Shown one piece after another: positions 39,353 through 48,613 of a stretch of 64,000 nt of DNA. The notes below the pieces were generated by a model. It was not told the origin of the DNA. It did not search any database and saw only the letters and a program-made list of their open reading frames with translations. Position 1 is the first letter of the stretch; each line of letters begins with the position of its first letter. Source of the stretch: a bacterium (GTDB lineage Bacteria; UBA8248); NCBI GenBank assembly GCA_965221165.1, contig CBDCRP010000002.1, positions 384,001-448,000 on the forward strand, read 5' to 3'. The position numbers and the translations under genes are program-made.

Positions 39353-39386
39353 AAAAAACCGGGGGAGTTTTTCAGGCTCCCCCGGT
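39353..39386 (-). terminator. Intrinsic terminator
   Basis: Minus strand ACCGGGGGAG-9 nt-CTCCCCCGGT followed by TTTTT, just past the CMD gene stop. Confidence 0.85.
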
Positions 39387-39407
39387 CGAATCGCTTCCGG
39401 CCCTGCT

Positions 39408-39785
39408 CTAATACCCCTCGTCGATCACCTCTTTTAACTGCGTGCATCCGGCCACCAGCGCCGTCATCCCGCACGGGGGCAGCATGCACTCCAAGGCTTC
39501 CGTCGCCTCCTCGACCGTCGCGCCGAGTTGCAAGGCTTTCTTCAGGTGGTTCTTGATGCCCTCGGTATCGGAAGGGTCGCGCGAGGCGCTCGCCACCGCG
39601 ATGAAAAGCTCCTTGTACTTTTCGTGAAACGGCCCTTGTTTCTTCATGATGTGGTTTTTGAGGTTCTCGTAGTTCTCCAGAAGCTCCGGGTCCACCTCGC
39701 ACAAGAGCTCGTACGCCGGATAGATAAACCCGCGCGCCGCCTTCATCTCCTCGTACAAGGCCCTGCCCCGTTCGCTCATCGCCAT
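39408..39785 (-). CDS. Carboxymuconolactone decarboxylase (CMD/AhpD) family protein
   Basis: KYKELFIAV...HLKKALQLGATVEEATEAL...CG. Confidence 0.83.
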   Translation of the reverse strand: MAMSERGRALYEEMKAARGFIYPAYELLCEVDPELLENYENLKNHIMKKQGPFHEKYKELFIAVASASRDPSDTEGIKNHLKKALQLGATVEEATEALECMLPPCGMTALVAGCTQLKEVIDEGY

Positions 39786-39839
39786 CGTGGATCCTCCCTG
39801 AACAAAGGCGCGCTGACGCCGCGCCCTAGATTTTCTTCT

Positions 39840-40610
39840 TTATGGATAGACTTCTTTCTCGAGCACGGAAATCTCGTGCCCGGGCAGGATGTATTCCTCC
39901 TTCGTGGCGCGCTCGATGCACTTATGGATGGAGTCCATCGCATCGCGCATGCTCGACATCTGGCCGGCGGGAACGCGGCGCTCGAGGCCTTCATTGATCT
40001 GGATGACGTCGGCTGCGATGACGTAGGCGCCCACGCGCGTCTCCACGGCGACCGAGCAATGCCCCGGCGTATGGCCCGGCGTGTGGAAATAGGTGACGCC
40101 CGGCACGATCTCGTAATTATCCTTCCAGATCGGCTCGAAGATGATGCCTTGTTGGGCGATCACCGGCCAGCGGGTGTTGGGGTGAATCGGCGCGTCGTAG
40201 GGCTTCGACTGCAGCGCGACCGGGCAGATGGAGTATTGAAGCTCCTCCGCCCACACGTATTTGATGGCGTTGGGGAACAGATCGCAGTTCTGGGAATGGT
40301 CCCAGTGGAGATGCGAGAGGATGAGGATATCGACCTCCTCGGGCTTCCAGCCCGCGCCTTCCAGCTGCTCGCGCACGCCCTGGCCGGGTTCCCTGCTCGC
40401 GGGCCAAGGAGCGCCGCCGCGCTCTGGGTCCAGGAAACTGGTGTCCACCACGATCTTCACGTCCTTGCCGTCGTGATCCTTCGCTCCCTCGATCATGTAG
40501 ATGAACGAGGGAATCTCGAGTTTCGTCCCGAAATTCGTCCAATACACCATATTGGAATAATCCGTGTGAATAGTGCCGCAGTTCAGCGGACGGATGGTGA
40601 GATCTGACAT
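39840..40610 (-). CDS. Metallo-beta-lactamase fold hydrolase, N-acyl-homoserine lactonase-like
   Basis: SHLHWDH, TPGHTPGH, AD, PGHE. Confidence 0.85.
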   Translation of the reverse strand: MSDLTIRPLNCGTIHTDYSNMVYWTNFGTKLEIPSFIYMIEGAKDHDGKDVKIVVDTSFLDPERGGAPWPASREPGQGVREQLEGAGWKPEEVDILILSHLHWDHSQNCDLFPNAIKYVWAEELQYSICPVALQSKPYDAPIHPNTRWPVIAQQGIIFEPIWKDNYEIVPGVTYFHTPGHTPGHCSVAVETRVGAYVIAADVIQINEGLERRVPAGQMSSMRDAMDSIHKCIERATKEEYILPGHEISVLEKEVYP

Positions 40611-40727
40611 GGAAATTGTCCCTTTCTGCTTTGTTTCGCGGCCACAACGGGCCGCAAATGAACGATGGCAATCAATTGCCTGTAATCACCGGCCGGGCGT
40701 CACGAGGCCGGCAAACGGATGTATTTT

Positions 40728-41327
40728 TTAAGCCTGCGCAGTTCGGGAGAAGCGCACCACCTCCATCAGTTCATCGGGGCCTTCTGGTTCGACCGCATCG
40801 AGGCCGAGTGCCAGATTCAGCCGGTTGCTCATGTTCCGATACGAGGCGGAGCCGATGATGTCCAGCACGTTCTCATCGCTGAAGCCCGCCTCGCGCAGCG
40901 CGTCCAGATCCGCCTCGCTCATGGCGTAGTGGTCGAACGTGAGTTTTTCGGCAAAAGCGAGCATCGCCTTGTCCGCATCGTCGAGAACCGGAGAATTGTC
41001 CCTGTCCATCACCACGGTGGCCACGTCGGCCAATGTTACGTCGTCGCCGCTTTCAGCACGGAAAGCCTGGCCATGGTTCATCGTTCAGCCATAGCACCCG
41101 CCGATGGTGGCGACGTAGTAGGAGATCAACTCCTCGCGCCGTTGCCCAAGCGTCGAATTGCCGCCGTGAACGGCCATGTTCATCGTCTGGCGTCCGTTCA
41201 GGACCTTAGGGCGCCGCGCCATCGTGAGCAGCAGCTTGGGCACAGCGCCTCGGTTCGCCCTGATGCCCTCGAGAATCCCGCGCGCGGGTTCTTTCGCGTC
41301 ATTCAGCCTTAAAGGGGATATCCACAT
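40728..41327 (-). CDS. AhpD-like peroxidase-related protein with in-frame TGA; probable selenoprotein (199 aa, CxxU)
   Basis: ORFs 41085..41327 and 40728..41081 are in the same frame: ...REELISYYVATIGG-C-Y-G-(TGA)-T-M-N-H-G..., matching the CxxCxxxH motif; C-terminal DLDALREAGFSDENVLDI...NMSNRL is typical of the family. Confidence 0.8.
41046..41071 (-). promoter_or_regulatory. Putative bacterial SECIS element
   Basis: GCC-AG-GCTTTC-CGTGCT-GAAAGC-GGC hairpin; apical loop starts about 24 nt after the TGA and has a G near its 5' side. Confidence 0.6.
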
Positions 41328-41352
41328 TCTCCGTTCTCCTCAAAAACCGATA

Positions 41353-42408
41353 TTATTCATTTGACCTCGCCGCACGCTCTTCCTGAAACGCGGGCATCAC
41401 CTCTTTTGCAAACCTCTCTATAGACCTAATCGCCTCGTCCTGGGCGATGCCGCGCAGCACGAAGATCATGATGTGATTCACTTTGAACTCCGCCTGGAGG
41501 CGCTTGAGGTCGGCGATCACCTTATCGGGCGGGCCGATGACGCCGCCTCCCTCGATGATCTGGCGAATGTCGACGTCGTAGCTCCAGTTGCGCTTGAGGG
41601 CTTCTTTCTCCTCGAGGGACATCTCGATGGAATTCACCGCGCTGCGGTAGGAGAGATACCACGATTCCGAGGGTTCTATTTGCTTCCAGGCGTGTTCGGG
41701 GTCGTCGCATACATGGACGTGGTGCGCCATGAGGGAGGGATAATCACTCGGGTCTCCACCGCGATTCCGTACGGTTTCCTGGAACAACGCCATTTTTTCG
41801 AGATACACGTCAGGCCCCTTGAAGGTGCCAGACGCCATGATGTTGAAACCCCTCTGGCCGGCGAAGACGTAGGTTTCGGGGCTCGTGCCGGCCAGCCAGA
41901 TGGGGGGACGCGGCTTCTGGATGGGTTTTGGGAAAATCTCGGCGTCGATGCAGCTGTAGTGCTTGCCGTGAAAGGTGAGGCATTCCCCCTCCAGAAGACG
42001 GGTCATCACCTCGAGGCCCTCCTGCATCTTCTCCCTGCTCTCGGAGGGTGAGATGTTGAAGCCCTGAAACTCCTTGGGCTGGGAGCCCCGTCCGACGCCC
42101 AACTCCAGGCGGCCGCCGCTCAGCACGTCGACGAGAGCGGCCTGTTCGGCCAGACGCACCGGGTTGTGGAAAGGCATGATGCAGATGGCGGTGCCGATTC
42201 TGATCTTTTTGGTTCGCTGCGCGATGGCGAGCGCGACCATCAGGGCGTCGGGGCACATGCCCACGCGGGAGAAGTGGTGCTCGGCCAGAAACACGGTGTC
42301 GAAGCCGAATTCGTCGGCCACCTCGCATTGTTCGATCAACTGATCGAACTCGTGCTGGTAGGTTTCTCCCTCCTGACAGGCGGGAATATAGAAAAGAGAG
42401 AATTTCAT
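41353..42408 (-). CDS. Luciferase-like (LLM) flavin-dependent oxidoreductase
   Basis: AEHHFS, RIGTA, NPVRLAEQ, GRLELGVGRG, PKPIQKPRPP, FAKEVMP. Confidence 0.9.
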   Translation of the reverse strand: MKFSLFYIPACQEGETYQHEFDQLIEQCEVADEFGFDTVFLAEHHFSRVGMCPDALMVALAIAQRTKKIRIGTAICIMPFHNPVRLAEQAALVDVLSGGRLELGVGRGSQPKEFQGFNISPSESREKMQEGLEVMTRLLEGECLTFHGKHYSCIDAEIFPKPIQKPRPPIWLAGTSPETYVFAGQRGFNIMASGTFKGPDVYLEKMALFQETVRNRGGDPSDYPSLMAHHVHVCDDPEHAWKQIEPSESWYLSYRSAVNSIEMSLEEKEALKRNWSYDVDIRQIIEGGGVIGPPDKVIADLKRLQAEFKVNHIMIFVLRGIAQDEAIRSIERFAKEVMPAFQEERAARSNE

Positions 42409-42454
42409 CTTTCTGGTCTCCATCCCGTACATGAATACGTGTGCGCAGGACGGC

Positions 42455-42853
42455 TTAGGCGCCCATCGTGAATACCTTGTTCGCCCGGATGCGGTAGATG
42501 ACGCGCACCTGGCCCGCCTGACGGTTGGGATAGCTGTCCACGCCCAGATACTTGTTCGCCAGAGCGTCGATGTGCTCCTCCGCCCCGTTTTCGGTGATCT
42601 CCACCACCGTGCCCTGAATCCCCACATATTTATAGGGATTTTCCGGGTCGACGATGGCGATAGACACCTGCGGGCGGGCGCGCATGTTGAGGTCCTTCAA
42701 GCGGCCCTTGGCCGAATTGACCTCGATGATGTCGCCGTTGGCGCCGAACCATACGGGAGAGACCTGTGGGGAGCCGTCCTTGTTCTGGGTGCCCAGATAC
42801 AAGAGGGCCTTGGTGTCGAGAATGCCTGCATGAGAATCAGGTATCAGCGCCAT
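42455..42853 (-). CDS. PPOX-class probable F420-dependent oxidoreductase
   Basis: LGTQNKDGSPQVSPVWF, GRLKDLNMRARPQVS, DPENPYKY, HIDALANKY. Confidence 0.85.
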   Translation of the reverse strand: MALIPDSHAGILDTKALLYLGTQNKDGSPQVSPVWFGANGDIIEVNSAKGRLKDLNMRARPQVSIAIVDPENPYKYVGIQGTVVEITENGAEEHIDALANKYLGVDSYPNRQAGQVRVIYRIRANKVFTMGA

Positions 42854-42902
42854 TTTGGGTTCCTCATTTGAAAAAAGGCGGTCGATAACGCCCAGAATGC
42901 GA

Positions 42903-43883
42903 TCATACGCACTTGGGCAAAACCTCTTCGGTGAACATTCTGAGAGATTCGTCGAAATCCTGGTTCGGGGGGTCGATCATGATGCTCCTGACTCCGTAGG
43001 ATTCGATCTCCTGGATGCGATCGACGCACTGCTCGGGCATTCCCGTGATGGTGAAGCGATCCAGGATGTAATCGGTGATGAGGGGCACGTGCTTCGGGTC
43101 GCGCCAGTTGCTCACGTCGAAATTTTCCAGGAGATGCTGAATTTCGGGCTTGAACGCATCAGGCACCGAGTCGAGCGTCATACGGAAATTATGATGCGCC
43201 CGGTTCGCCACCCGCGCACGCACTTTCTCACGCGCGCGCACGCTGTCGGTATCCACGGAGACGACTGCGCCGAAAATAATGTCCATCTCGCCGAGAGAGG
43301 AGTCGCGAGCCGCTATTCCCTCGTTCAGGTACTTCATAACCCAGTCCACCGTCTCCTTGTAGACGCCCGAACCCACGATGACGCCGTCTGCGACTTCACC
43401 GGACATGGCGAGCGTTCTGGGGCCTTCGGCGGAGGTGTAGATGGGGATTTCGCGCGCGCACCACATGTTCACGTTCACGCCCTCGGCGTATTCCACCGTC
43501 TCGCCGCGCGTGAACGCGCGAATGGCCGCAATGGACTCGCGCATCCTGGCGAGCCTGGCCATCTTCTTGCCCAGCGTGTAGACGGGCGTATCGCCCGAGC
43601 CGATGCCGAACAGCACCCGGCCTCCCGAGAGTTCATCGAGCGTGGCGATGGCGCTCGCAGCGACGCTGTCGTCGTGCAGAACCGGATTCGTCACGCCTGG
43701 GCCGATTTTCACATGCGAGGTATTCTCTATCGCCAGAGCGAGCGCGATGTTGTGATCCCGGCAGGTGAGGTGGCTCTCCGCTATCCACACCTGCTCGAAG
43801 CCGTTGTCCTCGGCGTATTTCGAGCGCTCCGCCACGAGGCGGACGTCATCCGGCACCAAATGAAGACTAAAGGTCATACCCAC
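42903..43883 (-). CDS. LLM-class oxidoreductase, Mer-like (possibly F420-dependent)
   Basis: VWIAESH, IGPGVTNP, TLDELSGGR, GIGSGD, GPRTL..SGEVADGV. Confidence 0.85.
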   Translation of the reverse strand: MGMTFSLHLVPDDVRLVAERSKYAEDNGFEQVWIAESHLTCRDHNIALALAIENTSHVKIGPGVTNPVLHDDSVAASAIATLDELSGGRVLFGIGSGDTPVYTLGKKMARLARMRESIAAIRAFTRGETVEYAEGVNVNMWCAREIPIYTSAEGPRTLAMSGEVADGVIVGSGVYKETVDWVMKYLNEGIAARDSSLGEMDIIFGAVVSVDTDSVRAREKVRARVANRAHHNFRMTLDSVPDAFKPEIQHLLENFDVSNWRDPKHVPLITDYILDRFTITGMPEQCVDRIQEIESYGVRSIMIDPPNQDFDESLRMFTEEVLPKCV

Positions 43884-43923
43884 GAAAAAGCGCCTCCCAA
43901 ATTTTCAGAGAAAAAAGATGCTA

Positions 43924-44994
43924 TCAAGAGTGGTTTCCATTCGAAGCGACGGGCGCGGCGGCGTTCACCAGCGGCATGACGTCGTTGGCGAAGCTCTCGA
44001 GCGACCTCATCACCGAGGCGTGGTCCGGGCCGCGCCAGGGGGCCAGAATGACGTGATTCACCCCGTAATCATCGCGCAATCTGCAGATATCCTTGGCGAC
44101 GGCCTCGGGATCACCGATGATGCCGCCGCCGCTGATGATCTCCGCCACGTTCAATTCATAACTCCAGTTGCGCTTGAGGTGTTTTCCCTCTTCTTCGGGC
44201 ATTGCCACCTCGTTCACCCTCGCCCGGTATCGCAGATACTCGCCCTCGCCCTCTACCGTGAGATTGAAGTATTTATCCGCATCCTCCGCATCGCACACGT
44301 GGATGTGGTGAACCAAGGGCCTCTCGATTCCGGAGGGGTCGCGGCCTGATTTTCTGATGGCGTCCTCATACAGCCCGAACTTTTGCTTATAGACTTCCGG
44401 ACCCGTGAAGCCAGCAGAGGCCATCACCTTGAAGCCGTTTTCGCCCGCGTATGTGTATGTTTCGGGGCTCGTTCCCGCCAGCCAGATGGGTGGACGCGGT
44501 TTTTGCAGGGGTTTGGGGAAGATTTCGACATGCTCGCACTGATGGTGCCGGCCCTCAAACGTCACCTTCTCCCCTTCCAGAAGGCGGGAGAGAATGTGAA
44601 GTCCCTCTTTTAGGCGCTCGCGGCTCTCGGAGGGCCTTGCGCCGAACCCCTGAAACTCCTTGGGCTGGGAGCCGCGCCCCACCCCCAACTCGAACCTACC
44701 TCCGCTAATGAGATCGACCATGGCGGCCTGCTCGGCCAAGCGGATGGGATCGTGAAACGACATGATGGAAATGGCCGTGCCCACATGTATTTTTTGCGTC
44801 TTCTGGGCCACGGCGGCACATACGAGCAGGGGGTCGGGGATCATCCCGACCCGGGAGAAGTGATGCTCGGCGTACCAGACGCACGAGTAGCCCAACTCAT
44901 CCGCCAGAATGCTCTCAACGATCATATCCTCATGAACCTGGGATTCGGTCATATCTTCGGGACGATACAGGATGTAGAACAAGGAAAAATCCAT
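43924..44994 (-). CDS. Luciferase-like (LLM) flavin-dependent oxidoreductase, paralog of 41353..42408
   Basis: AEHHFSRVGM, GVGRGSQPKEFQGF, WLAGTSPETY, LKRNWSY shared with the paralog. Confidence 0.9.
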   Translation of the reverse strand: MDFSLFYILYRPEDMTESQVHEDMIVESILADELGYSCVWYAEHHFSRVGMIPDPLLVCAAVAQKTQKIHVGTAISIMSFHDPIRLAEQAAMVDLISGGRFELGVGRGSQPKEFQGFGARPSESRERLKEGLHILSRLLEGEKVTFEGRHHQCEHVEIFPKPLQKPRPPIWLAGTSPETYTYAGENGFKVMASAGFTGPEVYKQKFGLYEDAIRKSGRDPSGIERPLVHHIHVCDAEDADKYFNLTVEGEGEYLRYRARVNEVAMPEEEGKHLKRNWSYELNVAEIISGGGIIGDPEAVAKDICRLRDDYGVNHVILAPWRGPDHASVMRSLESFANDVMPLVNAAAPVASNGNHS

Positions 44995-45259
44995 TCAAAA
45001 CCCTCGATTTCAGTGCGCCGGGCCCGTCATTGACGGCTCCCTCTCATACATCGAAAAGGGCGTCTGACGCCATGATGATGATACGAGCCTATGAGATTTC
45101 CCGTACTCAAGGTTGGCGGTTATAATGCCGATATAATCGCAACGGCGTCAAGGTTCAGCGCCATGTTTGCGGATTTCTCGCGATGAGCCATCCGCGTCTT
45201 CGAGAGACGCTTTCAGCCTCATTTCGCCTAGCGTAATAGTTCTTTTTAACGGGGTCATT

Positions 45260-46018
45260 TTGAGTCCTCTGGTATTCATTCTGGTTTTTTGCGCCGCATT
45301 CGTCGGTTCGGGCTTAAAGGCGGTGGGCGGATTCGGTTTCGCCACCCTGACGACGCCCACAGTGGCCATTTTCTGGGACGTGCCGACGGCCATCGCCGTC
45401 ATTTCCATCCCCACCCTGTGCACGAGCCTCATGAACGCCTGGCGAACGCGCGAGGCCGTTCACGAAGGCCTTAGGCCCTTCATTCCCTTTTTCTCGATGA
45501 GCCTGGTGGGCCTGGCCGTCGGCCTGACGATTCTCCTGAACACGGACCCGCGCCTGATGAAATTCATCCTGGGCGCTTTTTTGATCTGCCAGATCGTCTG
45601 GCAATGGCTACAGAGCGAAAAACCCGCGCCCGAGGATTCCCTCAAACGCTCCCTGGGCATGGGAGCGGTCGCCGGGCTGATGCTGGGCACCATCAACATT
45701 CCCTCCCACGTCATCGCCTCCTACCTCACGGGAATGAACATCTCAAAAGAGCGCTACCTCTTCGTGCTGAGCGCCAGCCAGGTCGTGCTCAGGGTCGCGG
45801 CCATCGCCTCCATTGCGGCCGCGGGCTACATCGGCGAGACGGCCCTGTGGCTCATCCTCGTCCTGACGACGCCCGTGCTGCTCGGCTTTTTCGTGGGCAC
45901 GAAGATTTACAACATTTTTACGGATCAGCTGTTCTTCCGAATCGTCACGGTCATTTTGTTCATCATGGGCGCTCTCCTCGTGGTGATGAACTTCGAGGGG
46001 CTCGCCGTCTTTTTTTGA
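45260..46018 (+). CDS. TauE/SafE sulfite exporter family membrane protein
   Basis: Hydrophobic; GSGLKAVGGFGFA N-terminal motif; FFRIV C-terminal motif; start approximate. Confidence 0.78.
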   Translation: MSPLVFILVFCAAFVGSGLKAVGGFGFATLTTPTVAIFWDVPTAIAVISIPTLCTSLMNAWRTREAVHEGLRPFIPFFSMSLVGLAVGLTILLNTDPRLMKFILGAFLICQIVWQWLQSEKPAPEDSLKRSLGMGAVAGLMLGTINIPSHVIASYLTGMNISKERYLFVLSASQVVLRVAAIASIAAAGYIGETALWLILVLTTPVLLGFFVGTKIYNIFTDQLFFRIVTVILFIMGALLVVMNFEGLAVFF

Positions 46019-46162
46019 TTTTGCCGAAATGAATCGCGGAGCCTTACGGAATTGACGGGGCGGATCATCTGCGTTATTTTCTGGAATCGTCTCAAATAAT
46101 TGCAAAAAATTGATGAAAGGCGTGACTACGCTCAATCGGATATTTCAGAAGGGCCGAATAAA

Positions 46163-46915
46163 ATGCCAGTGAAAGTAAGCATCAAGAATCTCCACATGGA
46201 ATACTACTTGAAAGACAGAAGGGTTCACGCCTTAAAGGATATCAACCTCGATATCCAGGACGGGGAGTTCGTCTGCGTCGTGGGGCTATCCGGATGCGGA
46301 AAGACCACGCTCCTGAACATCCTGGCCGGATTCCTGAACCATACGGCAGGCTCCATCCTGCTTGACGGCAATCCCATTTCGGCTGCGGGCCGCATGAACC
46401 GGGGCGTCGTGTTTCAGGAATACGCCCTCTTCCCGTGGCGCACCGCTCTCAGGAACGTCGAGTTCGGCCTGGAGATGAAAGGTCTCAGCAAGGAGGAGCG
46501 CACGAAAAAAGCGCAGGAATATCTCGAACTCGTCCACCTCGAGAAGTTCACCCACCTGTTTCCCCACAACCTCTCGGGCGGTATGAAACAGCGCGTCGCC
46601 GTGGCGAGGGCGTACGCCTACGAGCCCCAGTTCATGCTGATGGACGAGCCCTTCGGCGCACTCGACGCGCAGACGCGCGAGAACCTACAGTCGCTGACGG
46701 TCGAGGTTTGGGAGAAAACGAAAAAGACCATCTTCTACGTCACGCACAACCTGAGCGAAGCGGTCTATCTCGCCGACAGAATCATCGTTCTCGCGGGCCA
46801 GCCGGGAGTAATCCATAAAGAGATAATCGTGGACGTGGCGCGCCCCCGGGATCCGTTCGACCCCAGGGTGATAGAACTCGAACACATGGCGACCGAGGCG
46901 GTGCGCGGCAACTAG
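46163..46915 (+). CDS. Nitrate/sulfonate/taurine-type ABC ATPase
   Basis: GLSGCGKTT, VFQEYALFPW, LSGGMKQR, MDEPFGALDAQTR. Confidence 0.92.
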   Translation: MPVKVSIKNLHMEYYLKDRRVHALKDINLDIQDGEFVCVVGLSGCGKTTLLNILAGFLNHTAGSILLDGNPISAAGRMNRGVVFQEYALFPWRTALRNVEFGLEMKGLSKEERTKKAQEYLELVHLEKFTHLFPHNLSGGMKQRVAVARAYAYEPQFMLMDEPFGALDAQTRENLQSLTVEVWEKTKKTIFYVTHNLSEAVYLADRIIVLAGQPGVIHKEIIVDVARPRDPFDPRVIELEHMATEAVRGN

Positions 46916-46942
46916 CCTCGCCTCCGCGTCAGAATCACAAAC

Positions 46943-46977
46943 AAAAAGGCCGGCCCCCAAGAGGTCCGGCCTTTCTT
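46943..46977. terminator. Bidirectional intrinsic terminator
   Basis: AAAAAGGCCGG...CCGGCCTTTCTT between convergent genes. Confidence 0.75.
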
Positions 46978-46998
46978 ATGGCCTGTGGATTTTATCCG

Positions 46999-47868
46999 TT
47001 ATTGGCGCTGCCCGCCGACCTCTTCCATCATGCCCCACTTGACGACGGTCACTTTTTCGAATTTCTCAAAGATGAATTTCTCCATCACGAACCCGACCAG
47101 GGCGATGGCCGCGATTCCGACCAGCATGAAGGCCGTATCGAGGTCTTCGCGGCTGTCGAAGATGGCGTAGCCCAACCCCCAGTCACTCGCGGCCACCATC
47201 TCTCCGGCGATGCCAGCGCGCCATGCGCGCGCCAAGCCGATGCGGATGCCCGAGAGAATGAACGGCAGCGAACCCGGGAAAATAACTTTCCAGAACAGGG
47301 TCATCCCTTCCGCGTTCATCGACTGCGCCGCGCGTATCCAGATCGGGTTGATGGTCTTCACCCCCGTCCACGTCGAAGAGATGGCCGGAAGCGCAGCGGC
47401 GAACGCGGTGATGAAAATCATGGTCGTGTTGCCGAGGCCGAACCACAGGACGAGAATCGGGCTCCAGGCCAGGGCCGGGATGGGCAGCAACATGCTCAGG
47501 ATGGGGATCATGAACTTCTCGAACCAGCCGATGCGGCCCATGGCGATGCCGATGGCTATCCCCACGAAGCCGGCGATGAGCATTCCTATCATGATCCGCC
47601 AGGCGGTGTGGTAGGAGTGCACGCAAAGCACACACGTAGTCTCACCGGACTTCAGGAAAGTGACCTCGTAAAAACGGTGGACAATGGGAAATACGCGCGG
47701 AAACAGCGCAGGTTCATTCACGTACCAGGCGATGCACTCCCATATTACGAGCACCGCGATGAAGCTCGGGACGTTGTCCTTGAGCCACATCCAAATTCTT
47801 TCTTGCCTGGTGTATTCGGTAGGTAGTTTTACGTCATCCCTTCTGATTTCATCTGTTGCCGTGGCCAT
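46999..47868 (-). CDS. Nitrate/sulfonate/taurine-type ABC permease
   Basis: PIPALAWSP..LWFGLG, IRAAQSM, PGSLP.I.SGIR, GEM...GLG. Confidence 0.9.
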   Translation of the reverse strand: MATATDEIRRDDVKLPTEYTRQERIWMWLKDNVPSFIAVLVIWECIAWYVNEPALFPRVFPIVHRFYEVTFLKSGETTCVLCVHSYHTAWRIMIGMLIAGFVGIAIGIAMGRIGWFEKFMIPILSMLLPIPALAWSPILVLWFGLGNTTMIFITAFAAALPAISSTWTGVKTINPIWIRAAQSMNAEGMTLFWKVIFPGSLPFILSGIRIGLARAWRAGIAGEMVAASDWGLGYAIFDSREDLDTAFMLVGIAAIALVGFVMEKFIFEKFEKVTVVKWGMMEEVGGQRQ

Positions 47869-48098
47869 CAAACAGCCTCCCAAATCATGCGAATTTCAAA
47901 ACATTTCATATGCAATGCGCGTATAGTTGAAGCTATGAAATCATCCCGTCTATTCTGTGTGGTTCATTGCGGCCTTCGTCCGATATGCGCCCATTCTGGC
48001 AAAAATAGTATTTCAAGTCAAAATCTTCGGGCGAAGACTCGCGCGTTTTCAAATCATGAAATTGCGTGCGAGATTGTCGTCTCTCCTGATTGCCCGGG

Positions 48099-48545
48099 TT
48101 AATTTTCGCTTGACTCGGAACCTTGTTCGGCAATATCCCGAAACCGGGCGGCCACGCTCTCGTTCGCGCCCTCGCCGATATATGCGCCGTAGGCCGAATC
48201 ATCCTCGGCGACTCCCTCGATCTGCCAGGCCGTGTCCTTCGCCACGATGAAAATGACGTCCTCATCGTCCGTGGCCACCATGCTGTGGAGCGAATTCGCC
48301 GGTATGTGGATAATTCCCCCCGCACCGACCGTTTTCCGCTCGCCGTCGATCATCGCTTTCAGGCTGCCTTGCTGCACGAGAATGAACTGCTCGTTGGGGT
48401 GGCGATGCGGTCTGCTGCCCGTGCCTGCGGGCTTGTTGATTATGCCGAATATTACGCGCTCGCCATCGACCCACACGCCCTTGGAGGTGCTGTAGCTCGC
48501 CCCCGCCAGTTTTTGCTCCATCGTCTCGGGATCATAAAAAGGCAT
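48099..48545 (-). CDS. Cupin domain protein
   Basis: PHRHPNEQ motif 1; GGIIHIPANSLHS motif 2. Confidence 0.87.
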   Translation of the reverse strand: MPFYDPETMEQKLAGASYSTSKGVWVDGERVIFGIINKPAGTGSRPHRHPNEQFILVQQGSLKAMIDGERKTVGAGGIIHIPANSLHSMVATDDEDVIFIVAKDTAWQIEGVAEDDSAYGAYIGEGANESVAARFRDIAEQGSESSEN

Positions 48546-48613
48546 TTTCTTGCATTTCCTCCAATCGGTTGCTCAAAGACCCACAAACAAATTTCGCGCT
48601 CCCGCGCGGTTGA

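Noticed and set aside
40728-41327. Two separate small genes or a nonsense pseudogene
   Set aside because: The stop falls exactly at a catalytic Cys position, the frame is preserved and a SECIS-like hairpin follows; kept only as the alternative if the Sec machinery is absent.
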